Shown here: piece after piece, positions 25,801 through 40,814 of the stretch
Position numbering within the stretch: position 1 is the stretch's first letter
Layout of the letters: every line of letters begins with the position of its first letter
Origin: the human T2T-CHM13v2.0 reference genome, Homo sapiens
DNA length: 64,000 nucleotides
Reading direction: 5' to 3' (one strand)
NCBI RefSeq assembly: GCF_009914755.1
Contig: NC_060932.1
Notes under the pieces: generated by a model
What the model was told of the DNA's origin: nothing
What the model saw: the letters and a program-made list of their open reading frames with translations, nothing else
Database searches by the model: none
Position numbers and translations under genes: made by a program

Positions 25801-27529
25801 AGGCCACGGTAACCTGAGTGAGACTGGAGAGAAAGCAGCTGCCAAACAGCGTCAGCGAGAAAGGGGAACCAGTCTGCCCCATCCAGTCTGGCCATTCACC
25901 TAAAAGATGGTTTCCTGTAGCAGCCACTTGGTAACGAGGACAACGGCTATAGGCAACAGGAGAAAAACACCAATAACTATAAGCCATACTAGTTCTTCAT
26001 ATCCAGTGAATTTAAGACAACAAAAGATGAAGCAGATGAAGTTGAGAGGAAAGAACCAGAAAGTTCAGTAGAAAAAATACAAATTCAAAATATGAATTCC
26101 ATTTTTACCACATGAAAAATGTTTAGACAATCCCATCTTTAAAAATGTAAGCAAAAACAAACATTGAAAACTCCTAAAGACAAGCACAAAGTGACACAGA
26201 GTTCTCATGACAGAAACAAAAAATAAGTGTCATAATAGTCTAAATCTAACAGGGCACCAAGAAGTCTAAAGAGTGGGAATAAAGGAAGTACAGATATAGA
26301 AATGGCTTTCAAATGCCTTAGGAAACACCACCAGCAAGCAGCCATTAGCTCCAATTGGGAAATGATTTCTGTAAGATTTCTCAAAAGAGTTTACAAATTT
26401 GTCCCCAGATTACATAAATGTCTTTGCCACTCATATTGTGTCTGTTGACGAAGGGCTGTAGGCGTTTGTGGGCCCATCACATGGACGTAGCAGGACAGTT
26501 TTCAGACTGCCAGTGGAGTTCACAGAGATGTAGAGAGTGGCAGGGAGCCTCTCGGGAGGACCTCATCTGGGTAGAGCTCAAGGGAGCAAATAAATTCTTA
26601 GCCATGAAAGGAAGAAATCCAAAGTAGTATGGTTCTCAGCGAGGCTGAAGATTTATTTCCCTGTGCCATGACAAGAGACCTAATAAGTGTGTTGAAAACC
26701 AGAAAAAAAAAAAAAAATCAAAGGGCCTTATAAAAGTTATGTAAATTAGTACCAATATCCCTCAAACCATGAGTTCTTTAACTCTCTATGATGTTAGACA
26801 GCATAAAGGGAATGAGCAATGTAAACACTTACTGCTGTGTTACACACGCTTTTCATTGTAGTAACATGAGCATTTCAAGGTATTGAGTCCAGATCTTTAG
26901 GATGGACACGACCAACCACAGAAAGCTGTAGTCACATCCCATAATCTAGACATATTTTATTAAATTAAAAGGGTGTGGCAGGTTAAGTCCACCACTCCTG
27001 TGCTAAATGAAAAAAAAAAGAAAAAGAAAATATGACCCTACCTAAAAAGGAACTGCACTTTTTGTTGACATCAACAGCGTCAGGGTGGAAACAAAGAAAT
27101 TACCCAGAGACTCACTGGCTTCTGTTTCATTAGAAACACATGAAGACAATATATGCCAATAAGAAAACATTCTTTGCAAAAGTCTTCCATGCAAATAAGC
27201 CTTTCTCTTTTTTTCCTTGATGCATCATCAAGTTTTGCAGCTAAGAGTGCAAATATTGGACTGGGACATACGATAAAACAGTCGAGAGACATTGGACGAA
27301 AAAAACTCTAATTAATTCCTGGGATATTTTATCCATATGCATTAAATATCCTTTCTAAATATAAATACGCATGGGTGAAACAGAATAGAGGGGGAGCTGT
27401 TGTTTCTGGGCCACCCAACATCTACTCACCGTACCCAGTAACCACTCTGGGGGCAGAACCAGAATTCAAATCCATGGCTTTTACCTCTTACTTTTAAGTC
27501 TTTTCATAAAGGCCCTCACAATTAGAGAG

Positions 27530-27660
27530 TGTTAGGCATGTTTACAAAGCCCTTCCTCATCCATTAGTTCATTCAAAACAATCCTTACAGACAAGCAAGG
27601 CAGGAACCCTCAAACCCATTTCACAGATGAGGAAGCTGAAGTAGAAAGTGTTATTGAAAG
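27530..27660 (-). mobile_element. MIR fragment
   Basis: cccatttcacagatgaggaagctgaag. Confidence 0.7.
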
Positions 27661-28135
27661 TGATACCCTAATAAGGTATCGAAAGCCATGTCTACCACGG
27701 GACAGAACAAATCCTGGTCCCTCTGCTTGGCAGGTAAAAGCAAAATCTCCAAAATCAAGCCCTTGATTCACAATGAGACAGAGAGGGGAAAAAAAATGAA
27801 CAGAAGTACACGAATCCTACACCTTCCTCTGAACTTTGTGGTTGCTATAGCCTAAAAGTACACGGGGGAGGCACAGGAAATTACTCTTTCCTCATGTAAG
27901 GTCTGAATCATACACCCAGCACTAGGGGTTCTGAAGTCACCCACACCTTCTGCTGAAATCTGCTTCTCTGCCAGATCCATGGCTGTCCCACATGGAGTCT
28001 TGAATATGGCAACGAGGGAATGTGAGGACTGGCTCACAAACCGCAGTGGATGTTAATGGCAGATGTTAGAAATCCACTTCTGCAGAGATAGTTAAGCATA
28101 TTTTTAAATGGAGTGGGGGGAATGCAAATCATAAA

Positions 28136-28335
28136 AGCAGCATAGTGCAGTGAAAATAAATTTGCTTTTGAAACAAGCGCAGGGTTCAAATTCCAGCTTG
28201 GGTGCTTATCAGCTGTGTGATCTCAAACAAGAAACTAACCTCTTTCAGCTTTAGTTCCTTCATCTATAAAACAAATAGACTTGACTAGATAATTTCTAGA
28301 TCTTTCTCTATTGTAAAAATATTGTATAATTTCTA
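28136..28335 (+). mobile_element. MIR3/MIR SINE
   Basis: gcagcatagtgcagtg...gggttcaaattccagc...agctgtgtgatctc...ttcatctataaaa. Confidence 0.8.
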
Positions 28336-28689
28336 TACTACAGATGAGAAAGAGTTAGCAATGTAGTAGTTGACAGAGAAGGAGAAAAAAGAGAAGTGAA
28401 GGCAGGGAGGAAAGAACATAGAGCGTTAAGCAGGAAACCGGTCCACTAAAATAGTTAGGGGCGTCCATAACTAAAGCGACCCTGAGCTATTTACAACCTT
28501 TTGCCTCTCTTGAACCAATAATCAATATAAAACCTACAACTAAAAAGAGGAGATGGGAACTAACTTTTATAAACATCAACTATGTGCCAGGTTAGAAACC
28601 TGAGTCTGTGTCTCATTCAGCAACTTTGTACTGTTTAAGAATACCTCAAACTGGCACTTACATGTTCCTTATTTTATTTGGTCATCAAA

Positions 28690-28855
28690 AAGAGATAGGC
28701 AGAGGTAGTGTTCTTGACTATTTTGCTGACAAGGAAACCATGGTTCAGAGGGATCAAGGGGCCTTTAAAACACATCACAAGGCCAGTAAGTAGCCCAGCT
28801 GGAACTGAACAAAGATGATTTTACCAGACCAGTGCTTGCTCATATTCCTCGCTGT
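28690..28855 (-). mobile_element. MIR fragment
   Basis: attttgctgacaaggaaaccatggttcagagggatc. Confidence 0.6.
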
Positions 28856-29699
28856 CCCTTTTCTACCTTTACTTCTCATATGGAGTATGGATTTCAGGAG
28901 AATCTAGCAGGATAAAATGGTAGCTGACCTCTGGCCTAGAATACAAGTTTTTAAAAGTGGTGTGTGATATATTCAATTGTGATTATATGTCCCAAGAAAC
29001 TGGGCATTTTGTGGATAAAGTCTACTTGTGATAATGGTTATGGAATCTTTTGACAACTAGTCCTCACAAATCAGCACAACTCCTGGGAGGCATCCTTGAC
29101 ACACAGTCTGCCACAGTAGAGAGCAGTCAACCATGTCAGCATTTTCAGAATCCAGACTAGAACTTTCTTAGAGCATGATTCATATAATTTAATAATCCTA
29201 CTGGACTCTTCCAGCTTTGAGCTGTAGCATTATCCAAATCAACAAAAGGCAATAGAAAAGAGGGAGAGCAATACATGCTCATCAGCGATTCTATTAGAGA
29301 GTGAAAATTTGTAATAAAATAGTCAGAATTATCCAGTTACTTAAAATTCAGAACAATCAGTTATTGGGGCTGGGAAGAGTGCCAAAAGTGAATTTAATTT
29401 TCTATGTTAGAATTTAACACTTCAGTTTTTATTGAAATTTAAAAATAAACAAGGAAATGATAATTTTATTGGTTCATTCTTCTGCTTGGTCATTAATAGC
29501 ACCATTTCATTTAACCATAACCAAGAATCCATGTCAGTGATTTGTCTAACAGTCACTGATCTGTCTAAAAATGGGTGAGTAAATATGTTTACAGATTCAC
29601 TTTTTCCAAATAACATGTAACAACCAACATGCTGTTTTTCCAAATAACAAATAGGTTTAGAGTACATATGTATATGTACTCAAAAAACATTATACTTGG

Positions 29700-29890
29700 T
29701 GGCTGTGTTGTGTGGTAGAAGATAGCAGAGGTTTGGGGGCAGATAACCTGGGGCTGTATGACACTGAACAAGGTTATTTCATCTAGATAAACTCAATTAC
29801 CTTATCTGTAAAACTGGAAATGATATGTACCCCCTCACAAAGGATGCTGGGAGAAATAAATAAACCTACAACTCAATAAAATTAGTATTA
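29700..29890 (+). mobile_element. MIR SINE
   Basis: ggctgtatgacactgaacaaggttattt...cttatctgtaaaactggaaa...ctcaataaaattag. Confidence 0.7.
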
Positions 29891-30365
29891 GAGATCCGTG
29901 GATCAACATAAACAATGTTTCCCTATCACTTATAGCTTTCTCCATTGCTTTTAAGTTTTTACAAATCTCTCTATGGTCAATGACATCATTTCTTGATTTT
30001 GTCCATAAAGACTGACATATGCTTATTAACTAATTTGAAAACTTACTACTGGGAGAGAGGGAATACCCTCCTTGGTCCTTGATTTTTTTAATCATGACAG
30101 GGCTTTCTACCTTCTAAGAACAGGGGTTTATATCTCCAAGTCTAGGTACTGTAAATCTACAACTAAGTACTGGTCCAGATTTTCAGGCTAAAAAACTTAT
30201 CCAAAGTGTAAAAAATAGTTTTTTTGGGGGGGTTAAAAAAACAAACAACTTAATTTATTCTGTTTTGCAACATATCTATATGGTGATATGTGGGGAACCC
30301 AGGAATCAACATACACAATCATGGCATGTGAACTCATTTTCCTCTAAGAAACTCTGCATCTTATA

Positions 30366-30758
30366 TTACATTGGTGCAAAAGTAATTGTGGCTTTTGCCA
30401 TTTAAAAGTAATGGAGGCTGGGCGCGGTGGCTCACGCCTGTAATCCCAGCACTTCGAGAAAACAAGGCAGGCAGATCACGAGGTCAGGAGTTCGAGACCC
30501 ACCTGGCCAACATAGTGAAACCCCATCTCTACTAAAAATACAAAAAGTTAGCGGGGCAAGGTGGCGGGTGCCTGTAATCCCAGCTACTCGGGAGACTTGA
30601 GGCAGGAGAATAACTTGAACCCGGGAGGTGGAGGTTGCAGTGAGCCAAGATCATGACCGATTACACTCCAGTCCAGGCGACAGTGCAAGACTCTGCCTCG
30701 AAAAAAAAAAAAAAGGAATGGCATGGCAAAAATCGCAATTACTCTTGCACCAACCAAA
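30366..30758. mobile_element. MADE1 (Hsmar1-derived mariner MITE) split by an Alu
   Basis: Left arm ttacattggtgcaaaagtaattgtggcttttgccatt, right arm atggcaaaaatcgcaattactcttgcaccaaccaaa, flanking TA at 30364-30365 and 30759-30760. Confidence 0.92.
30416..30714 (+). mobile_element. Full-length AluS (Sg-like) inside MADE1
   Basis: Dimeric Alu; degenerate TSD aaaagtaatgga / aaaaggaatggc. Confidence 0.96.
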
Positions 30759-31429
30759 TATATATGTTCTACATTTTGCAGTATCTTTTAATTAGAATCC
30801 AATTTGATTTAATCACACTGTCAAAGCAGAAGTGTCTAAAATCCTGCAAGTATACCATGTTTTAGGGATCTAATAATCTATATCTGGGAAACCACTATTT
30901 CCCTACTTATTTTGCCAAATAGGAAAAAATAAAGAAACATAAAATATATTGTGACTCCACACTTGCAGATGTTTTAGTCAAAACTACAAATCGCTTTTGC
31001 ATTTGTATATTAATTCCTCCTTTTAGAAATGGCTTAATTATTAGTCTATTGGTAAAAACAAATCAAAATATTTTTGAAATTTCATCTGAAACTGCTTAAG
31101 GTTCACCAATTGCAATACGACTGTTACCATCTGCACTCCACGTGGATACTCATTATTAATCATGATGTGTGAATGTAACTGCAAGCACTTAATAAGATCC
31201 CCTTTTGGCAAACTGAAAGGCCTTTCAGCTCTGGCATGTGTACATCAACCATGGCATTCAAGCCACAATATCAAAACCAATCACTGATTTGGCAATTACC
31301 CAACAAAGTATCCACATTATTGGGGAAAATATATTTTTAGAAAGCTGTTATCCCTACTCTCATAAAAATTACACAAATAATTTGAAATAGAGTGTGGTGG
31401 GGGTAGACAACTAAATGAACAAGAACCCA

Positions 31430-31775
31430 AAGGATCATAAACTGAAATAGTTACTGGGGTCAGGAAGATAATATTAATGAGAGAAGCAAGGTTGGCCTAT
31501 TATAACAAGGAGTGGGTTTCGCTGCGGCAAAGTTACAACAACCTTCATCATTTAAGTAAAACAGCCACTAATTGAATAGCTTTAGCTGGCTTTTGCCAAT
31601 TGGGAAAGGGGATGCACTATTATTAAATGGTCTATGTTCTTCAAACAAGCCAGAAATCCAATATTTATGTGAAATTTCCTGAAATACAAATAACAGCAAC
31701 TAGGCAAATTTGGTGGAGCAAACAAAACCTTCATGGGATGGATTTGGCAAGTGGGCCACTACGTTGTGAGCTCTG
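31430..31775 (-). mobile_element. MER102-like hAT-Charlie element
   Basis: aagccagaaatccaatatttatgtgaaatttcctga...ggatggatttggcaagtgggccact. Confidence 0.7.
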
Positions 31776-31779
31776 CAGT

Positions 31780-32440
<661 letters not shown>

Positions 32441-33456
32441 TAGATGTCTAAATTGAAAAGCCATGATAATGTCCAATGAAGGGTAAGGGCCTAAAAAAAT
32501 GGTGCCATTTCAGGACATGCAATCAGAAACTCATCAGATGTAGGAAATCCCCAGAATCTGTGAGGAACTAATCTAGATGGCCTAAGAGTGGGTATTTCAC
32601 TGACTGTATCCACAAAAACCTTGTGGGGGACTGGGTATGTGATGAGGACAGCTTTTTGTTAGACTCATCATCATCACATCCGCCTTAAATTTCCAGTTCA
32701 CTGGCACGGAGGACAGAGGTTCTAATGGACAAAACCCATCCCTGAGAAGAGATTAAAATGGCCAACCGAATGTGTAGGGCGTCTTGAAAATTTGGGGGCC
32801 CTAAAGAACAAATCCCTTTTAAAAACAAAATTCTATCCATAAAACCTGGAAATTGAGTAATAATGATCCAAGATCTCAAAACATTGGAGCAATAAAAGTA
32901 GGAAAATGAAAACTGGACAAACCACCATTCTAGACAGTAGTCAAAACGATAAATTGTATATATAAATGGATTCAAGTGACTATAGTGTAATTTAGCCACA
33001 AAGTATGAGGTTCAAATGAACCCCCATAAAGGCAAAAACGGGAGTCAAATTGTAGTAACTCAACTTTTCTCTAAAGGTGAGGGAAAACCCATGAAAATTT
33101 TTAAGCAGGGGAAAGTGAGCTATGAGGGCTGGGCTGAACATAAACTAAAAGGGATGCGCCCAGTACAGCCAGGATTTATGAAGATAAGCGTCACCACTCA
33201 ACAAGACCAATGGCTTCCTTTGGTTTGGGAACCAGTGACAATGAACCACAGAGACCACATGCAGACTGTGATGTAGGATGCAGCCACTGGGAGGGAGGGG
33301 TAATTTAGCAATGCAGCTGTTAAGTTTATCTCTGTAATCACTGACAAAGCATGACAGCTTTGCACAGAAGAAAAAAACATCTTTCCTAATATTCCCTCCC
33401 CCCATAAGAATACTGGATCTCCTCATGGGGTAGTAAAACCAATCATTCCTTTTACA

Positions 33457-33460
<4 letters not shown>

Positions 33461-33493
<33 letters not shown>

Positions 33494-33534
33494 ATACTGA
33501 GAGAGAGAGAGAAAGAGAGAGAGAGACAGAGAGA
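33461..33534. repeat. Compound microsatellite (AC)16 then imperfect (GA)n
   Basis: Direct reading. Confidence 0.96.
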
Positions 33535-34614
33535 CATACACTCATGAGTGGGTGGCTGCCCACAAAGATTGGTCCTAATGCCTGTGAAACAGGAACTGGA
33601 AAACCTCTCCCATCCACACCCTATTTAAGACCTAAGAAAGTAAAGGCCAGTCTCTAATAAAGATGGTCCTAGTGGTTCCTTATAATTTGAGTCTTCCTTG
33701 ACAGCAACACTTTGGAGTGAATTAGTTCAGAGAACACCAGACCTAAGAGAAAAGGAAGACTTGGCAACCCACATTCATTTTCCTACAGCAAGCATGAAAA
33801 AAAAGTATTAGTAAAATAAATATTAAGATATACCAGTAATGACTTTAAATAGTTGACCTTCCTTGCAGAACTTTCAGAAACATACACAAATAAAAATGGA
33901 ATACTCAAGGAGTTGTAAACCACCAAGTTGGAAAGAAAAAAAAACAAAAAACAAAACTGACTTGGTGCCAGCCTACAGGTACTAGTGAACACAGAATTTC
34001 ATGAATGAAGAGAATTTTATGTATGTCGGCCAAAACAAAATGATCTTATCACTAGAAAAAAATTTATGGTCTAAATAAAACCAAGGAAAAACATAATTAT
34101 GATCATATTTATCTATTCAGGAGGTATCTTTTTAAAAAATTTGTTTTAATTACTGAAATGAAGAGAGTCGTCATATATGTAGCTTCAAAAATATTCAGCC
34201 AATTGTAACTCTGACATCTTTGGAAAGTTAAACACAACAGGTTGGTTTTGTTTTTCTGAAAGCTCTGGGAAAGCATCCATGATTAGTGTCAACCTGGCAT
34301 TCAAATTTAGCTGGAATAAGGCTGTTACCAGTTTTTGTCTTCTATAGGCAATAGCCAGACTTTCTGTAAAAAATATGAAATATTTGTTTATGCATATCAC
34401 CGTGGAAAGTTTTCCGCCTCTGGTTTCTGATGTAACTTTATCACGTTCTGTTCCTGCTGAGCGAGTACCAACAATGTTCCAATACTGATTAAAAATAAAT
34501 AAAAGCAAAATAATGAGCCAAGGCTTTACTGGAACAGATATCATAAATAATTTGGTACCTGTCTTAACTTAGAAAATCACTGCCTGCTAACAAGTTTCTG
34601 ATATATCTATTATT

Positions 34615-34840
34615 TTTAGCCACTTACTGAAAACCTACTATGTGCCAGGTATGGTACTAGAAAATAACAGGTGTTATCTCCCTCAATCCTCACAACAAAT
34701 TTGCCAGGCAGAATTATTTGCTATTTTCCAAATGAAGAAAAGAAGGCTCAGGGCACAGTAATCTGCTCAAGTTCTCACAGTATCAAATGGCAGAGTAGGT
34801 TTTAGACACCAGGACCACCTGAAGTACATTGCACTGTTTC
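34615..34840 (-). mobile_element. MIR SINE
   Basis: cctactatgtgccagg...aatcctcacaac...attttccaaatgaagaaa. Confidence 0.85.
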
Positions 34841-35094
34841 TTATAAAACACTAGAAATAGGCTTTGGCGAAAACTGGGCCATAACAAAAACCTGCTGCAA
34901 AATGAACTTACAAAGTTATTCTCAATTAACTAAAAACAAAGCTAGCATTTATTTCACTGATGTTTATCTCACTGCGTATATGACATTCTACTTCCATTCA
35001 CAGTTTAAGTCCATCACTTACTTTGATATAAAATAAAAACACTTCACAAAATCGGGAGTCACAGCAGCTAGAGAACTCCTTCATGTACTGATGG

Positions 35095-35300
35095 AGTTGT
35101 AGTTACAGAGGGTGTCTGAAGGCCAGAATTCCTGAGTTTCTAATCCTGCTTGAGCAACTTACTTAATACTTGTATGCTCTGGTTCCTTCCTCTATACAGT
35201 GAGCTTTGCGGTGAGGGTTTAATGAGTTAAACCATGTAAAGCACTAAGAACAGTGCCTGGTGCACAGGAAGTACCCAATAAGGGTTACCCATCATCATCT
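35095..35300 (+). mobile_element. MIR SINE
   Basis: atgtaaagcactaagaacagtgcctggtgcacaggaagtacccaataa. Confidence 0.8.
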
Positions 35301-37179
35301 TCATGCTCATCACACCAGGACTGGGGAAAATGATCAAGATTCACAGCATCTGACATGTTTACTGAGCTTTAAAAAGTGTGCAACTGCCCAAACGAATGCA
35401 CAAATGAGCAAACAACTTTAACACCTTTGTGCTTATCATTATGAAATGATGAGAAGCAAAAGTTCACACCCACAGGGAACATTTATCTAGACATCAGTTT
35501 ATAAACAAGGTAAGATATGCTAATGGTATAAGGAAACACCTCATAGCAGGGAGCGATTCAGATGAAGAAGGCCCGTAGGGGGTCAAAAAGGCGAATGAGC
35601 ACAATTTGAGGGAAGACTTCTTGGTAGCCAAGGAGGGAGACCTTGAAGAGTACTGCTCAGAGAGGAGCAGTTAGAGCATTTTTAGTAATGGGGCCAGAAG
35701 GAACACAGGGAAATTGACTGTTAAGCAGAATTATCTGACTCTAATTGAACAAAGCTGACTACATATCACCAAGAGTTCAAGGACTGAACTCTTGTTCAGG
35801 AACTTTACACATTTTTGTATATTGCCTGTCCAAAGCACAGTGCCTGGAACAAGCAAATAATAGTTAGATGGATGAAAGTATAGAAGGATGACAGGACAGC
35901 TTGATGGATGGATGTTGGGGGATAATAAAAGATAAGATAGGGTAGGTAAGGTTACTTCAGATTAGGAAGAGCTTGAACAAAGGGACAATGCAGTATAGAT
36001 GATGGCACCATGCACTTACTCATCAGTCACACCCTCCTTTATGAATATTGTCTTTGTTCTACCCATCCATCCACCCATTCACCCACTGACCCCCTCATCC
36101 ATCCATTTTTGAGAAGTAAACTGATTTTTGGGGGGAGGCCTAGTTAGGCTAAATTTCTCAGACCATGGGAAACACAGTTCAATGCGATGATGGGGACATA
36201 AAGCCTAACCCACAAAGCCTAACAGCCAAGGAAGGCGAGTTCTGTGGGCAAATGCCTCAAACCCTCTGCATTTGAATTTCTCCTCTGCAAAATGCGTAAG
36301 CCCTATCTCACAAGTTTGGGTGCAAACTATCAGACACAGATTATGTCAAAGGCCATAATTACATATTTAATAGAACATTATTATAGCAACTATTTGTGCC
36401 CTTTAACATAGGGAACGCTCAGAGGGCTGTGTTTGGGTTTTGTCACCTCTATACCCCTAGCCCTTCCCACTCAGTCTAGCATATAGCAGAGACCCTGGGA
36501 AGGTTTGGTAAACTGACTTAACATTTCAAACACATACCCTCTTGCCCTGTTAGGTCCCTACCCCAGCCTATCTCTTCCCCAGGCTTGTCCTTTCTAGTCA
36601 CCTCCACGCACAGTCAACCAAGCACCCATGCAGGGTGAGGCCATCCCAAAGCGCTTTCAAACTGTGCTCTAGTCCGACTCCTGCATCCATGCTGCGTGGA
36701 ACTCTTCTCCCCTGGCAGGAGCTCCAGCTACACGCATCAAGCAATCAGTGCTAGGTGCTCCTGCTAATTAATGCAAATATGGGAAGCTTATCTCCTCAGC
36801 CATGCTGGAAGCTGCTTGAGGCTTTTCATCTGTGGCTTTTTTCTGATAAAGCTGAGGCTTTTAATCTATTTCTAACCTTTCTGGTTCCAGTATTTGACTT
36901 CGAGGGCACCATTCCTCAATTTGGGTCCCCAGAACTCACTCCTTAGGGTAATTCCATTCTTTTACAAGAGCTGATATTAAAAAAAAAAAAAATTCCTTGT
37001 TGAAACAACTGTTAATAAAGAGGATATCTTTGAGAATATAAACCTCCCTGCAAATGCTTATCAGGACATGTTTTATTTGGAGGCGCAGTGTCCTACCTGC
37101 AGCTGTGCATTTACAGAGCACTGCCAGCTCTTACACATTAACTCTAAGAGGGAAAAGGGCATTCAGAAGTCTGGACTGC

Positions 37180-37360
37180 ATATCCATTAAACAAATGTGT
37201 TAATCACCTTCAAGACCCTAAGCAGGGCAGTGTAGAGGACCCAGAGACAAATGTGAAGGAGACTCTGTCCTCCAAGAATTTAAAATGTACTAGGCAAGGG
37301 CACTATGGGAAGAAGATGGCATCTGTACTATGGTAAAACCACTGTGGAAGCACAGGTAAT
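37180..37360 (-). mobile_element. L2 3' fragment
   Basis: atccattaaacaaatgtgttaatcacct...ctgtcctccaagaatttaaaatgtactagg. Confidence 0.55.
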
Positions 37361-37379
37361 CTGCCCCAGTAATCTGGTC

Positions 37380-38060
<681 letters not shown>

Positions 38061-38689
38061 TTAAACAGCGTATTCAAAGGGCACAAGAATATCATATATT
38101 CAAATTTTAGAGAATACCCCAAATCCTTAGGGAGGCAGCTACCTTGCAGACTGGTCCAAACTTTAAGAATGGAAAAGACTGGGGAGGCGAAGACTGGAAG
38201 GCTTCATACTTTAAAATGATGGCCCTAAGTCAGCTGTTTATAACTTAGCACATACCATTCTCGAAGAAAGGATGTTATAAAGAGTGGTTATATTCCCAGG
38301 GTAGCCCATACAGCCAGGTAAACTCTCAAATCACCTGAAGTATCTTACTTGTATCCACAATCCTTTAGCTGGGGCTGGCTGTTTTAGAATTCATACTTTT
38401 GTAGATTTCAGAAAGAAATTACAGTATACTTATTGTTTATTATACAACATACCCCACAGGGACTAGTGTAGAACTCCATTATCAGATTCTGGTAACACAG
38501 TTTTTAAATATCCAGTACGTTTCTAGTTTAGCTTCTAAAAGCCTCATGAAACAAAATTTCATGTCAAAACTCTTAACATTTGGAATTCAGAACAGCAAAT
38601 AACAGTGGACCTATAATTGCACGTACCCCATTGTACATGGTCATTTATCTAAGCGCTCTTCCTGGTACTCGACAGTTGGCAACGGCCCG

Positions 38690-38785
38690 AGAGGTGTCAT
38701 ATTCATCTTTGTATCTCCAATACTAGCACAGCAATAGCAACATAAAAGGGTGGTCCATAAATATCTGCAGAATGAATAAATGAAA
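38690..38785 (+). mobile_element. L2 3' end
   Basis: tattcatctttgtatctccaatactagcacag...ataaatatctgcagaatgaataaatgaa. Confidence 0.75.
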
Positions 38786-40814
38786 TATAATACTGAATCT
38801 ATTTGCCAGCCACTTCATACTCCTCACAGCCCTCTGCACTTCTCTTAAGGCTCGCATATTCTACTTTGGATTAGATGTCATATAACTGTGCTACTCCGCC
38901 TCCTCACATTCCTTCCAACTTTAAGTCCTTCAAGGGCAGGGATGGTTCAGGTGAAACAGCAAGGCCTACAACAGTAGCCCATATTCCCTCACATGAAATG
39001 TTCAGAACTCGTTAAGCAAAGACACCAGATTCTAACTTGGGATGCCCAGAATACTTTCTCTAACCCTTACCTAGAGATCCAAGATTCCTCTTTTCTAACT
39101 GTAGGATCCAAACCTTCCTGGAAAGAGGAGTGACCCTGAACCAGGGCTATTATGGTGCCTGAGTCTAGCCTAGTCGACATGGGGATGTGTGCCTGATTTC
39201 ATAAAGAACCCCTTAAATCCTTCCAGCCTTCCCTCATTCCAGTGGTGGTCATTCTTCTCAGGCTGCAGTCACATTTATAAAGCTTTTCAAAATGCCAAAC
39301 CACCTCTACCAATTGCAAATCACTTGCTGAACTTTATCTGTGGACTATTTCCTTGCAGATGCTCTGAGGCATGACAAATCCTTAACAGGATAATGATGAT
39401 ACTCCTCCTTCCTCTCCTCATGCCTGGTACTACAGGATCAATTTTAGTACCGTATCACACAGACTTTCCCCTCCTTGCTTTGATATGCTTTAAAGCCACT
39501 GAGATGTGGCTTGGGTTAAAGGGAGTAAGGATTTTAAGGGTTCATGCATTCAATGTGCCATTCCAATGAAGACCTTCACAAGTAGGAGCTACTCCTCTTC
39601 TAAAACCAAATAATGCTTTACAGGCTAAGGAACAGAAAAGACGAGTTGCCAAGTTATACCATTTCAGGAATCCAGTTATCTTGACTTTTCCCCTGAGGCT
39701 TGCCTCTGCTGCAGCTAAAAATGAATCTGCTCAGATTCTTGTATATATTCACATACCCCTCCAGCCAAAAAATGAAGAAAACTGGTATGTAAATGGAAAC
39801 ATTACAGAACACTCTTAGAATGTGAATGTCAAATTCTCCTAGTGTCGAAAAATCTCAGAGATAAAACCAGGTTTGACACCCAAAGAAAAATGCTGGAGCC
39901 AGAAATAGACACTTGCTAAAGTATACATTCTAAGCATATTAATTCCAGGAAAAATAATTCTGTAAGACCTAGGCCAGACAGCTGCTTGTTCATCTGCCCC
40001 TCATCCTTGCCTCCACATGTCCTTGGGACTTACTGTCCTCACTAAGGGGAAAGGTCTGCTGAAAGTCATCTCCTGCCACTTCCCTCTGAGATGCCTCAAG
40101 AAAGAAAAACAGAAGGTGTGTGATGGAGACACTGACAAAACAATAATACTTATTACCTTCCTATCTCCCTCAGGGTTTCGGTGAGAAGAGAGATGAGGGG
40201 AGGAGGGAAAAGAAGAGGGGAAAAGGAAGGGGAAGAGGAGGCTGATAAGTTTGACGAGTGAGTGAGAAAGTAAAGGGACATAAATGAGTGGACTGAATAA
40301 ATATGTTTCATACATACCTTGAAAAAGGCAACCAAAGTCCCCATTCACATAGCAAGGAGAGAGATTCACTCTTGCTTATATTTCCAGGCATGAATTATTT
40401 ATTTCATTAGATCCCAAGATGCCATATGTTAAAGTTCTCCAAACTGTGGAAACTTGACAACTCTTCGGCTCCCTAAAACGCCATTTATTACATTTCACTG
40501 CTTACGAGGGGACACTGAGGAAAGGTAATGTGCACGTATTCCGTAAAAACTGCAGCTGCGCCTGATGCTTGTCTATTCACTGTGAGGGACCAGACCATCC
40601 TCAAGCCCCAAGTGAGCCTCCCTTTCTTTAAAATGCTTTCCTAAAAGCTGCTGGAGAGGAGCTGAACTGAGAACTGAACTCGAAACTGAAGAATTTGAGT
40701 TTTATTTCCTACCCTTTAGCTTCCTGCCCCTACTACCCTTTTGGATGCTATTAAAAATCTATAAAGAGCAGACTATAGGGAAAAAGAAAAGAAAGGCAAA
40801 AAACAAAGTCTGAA

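Noticed and set aside
27421-27435. Strong minus-strand donor ACG|GTGAGT
   Set aside because: No convincing upstream acceptor within exon distance
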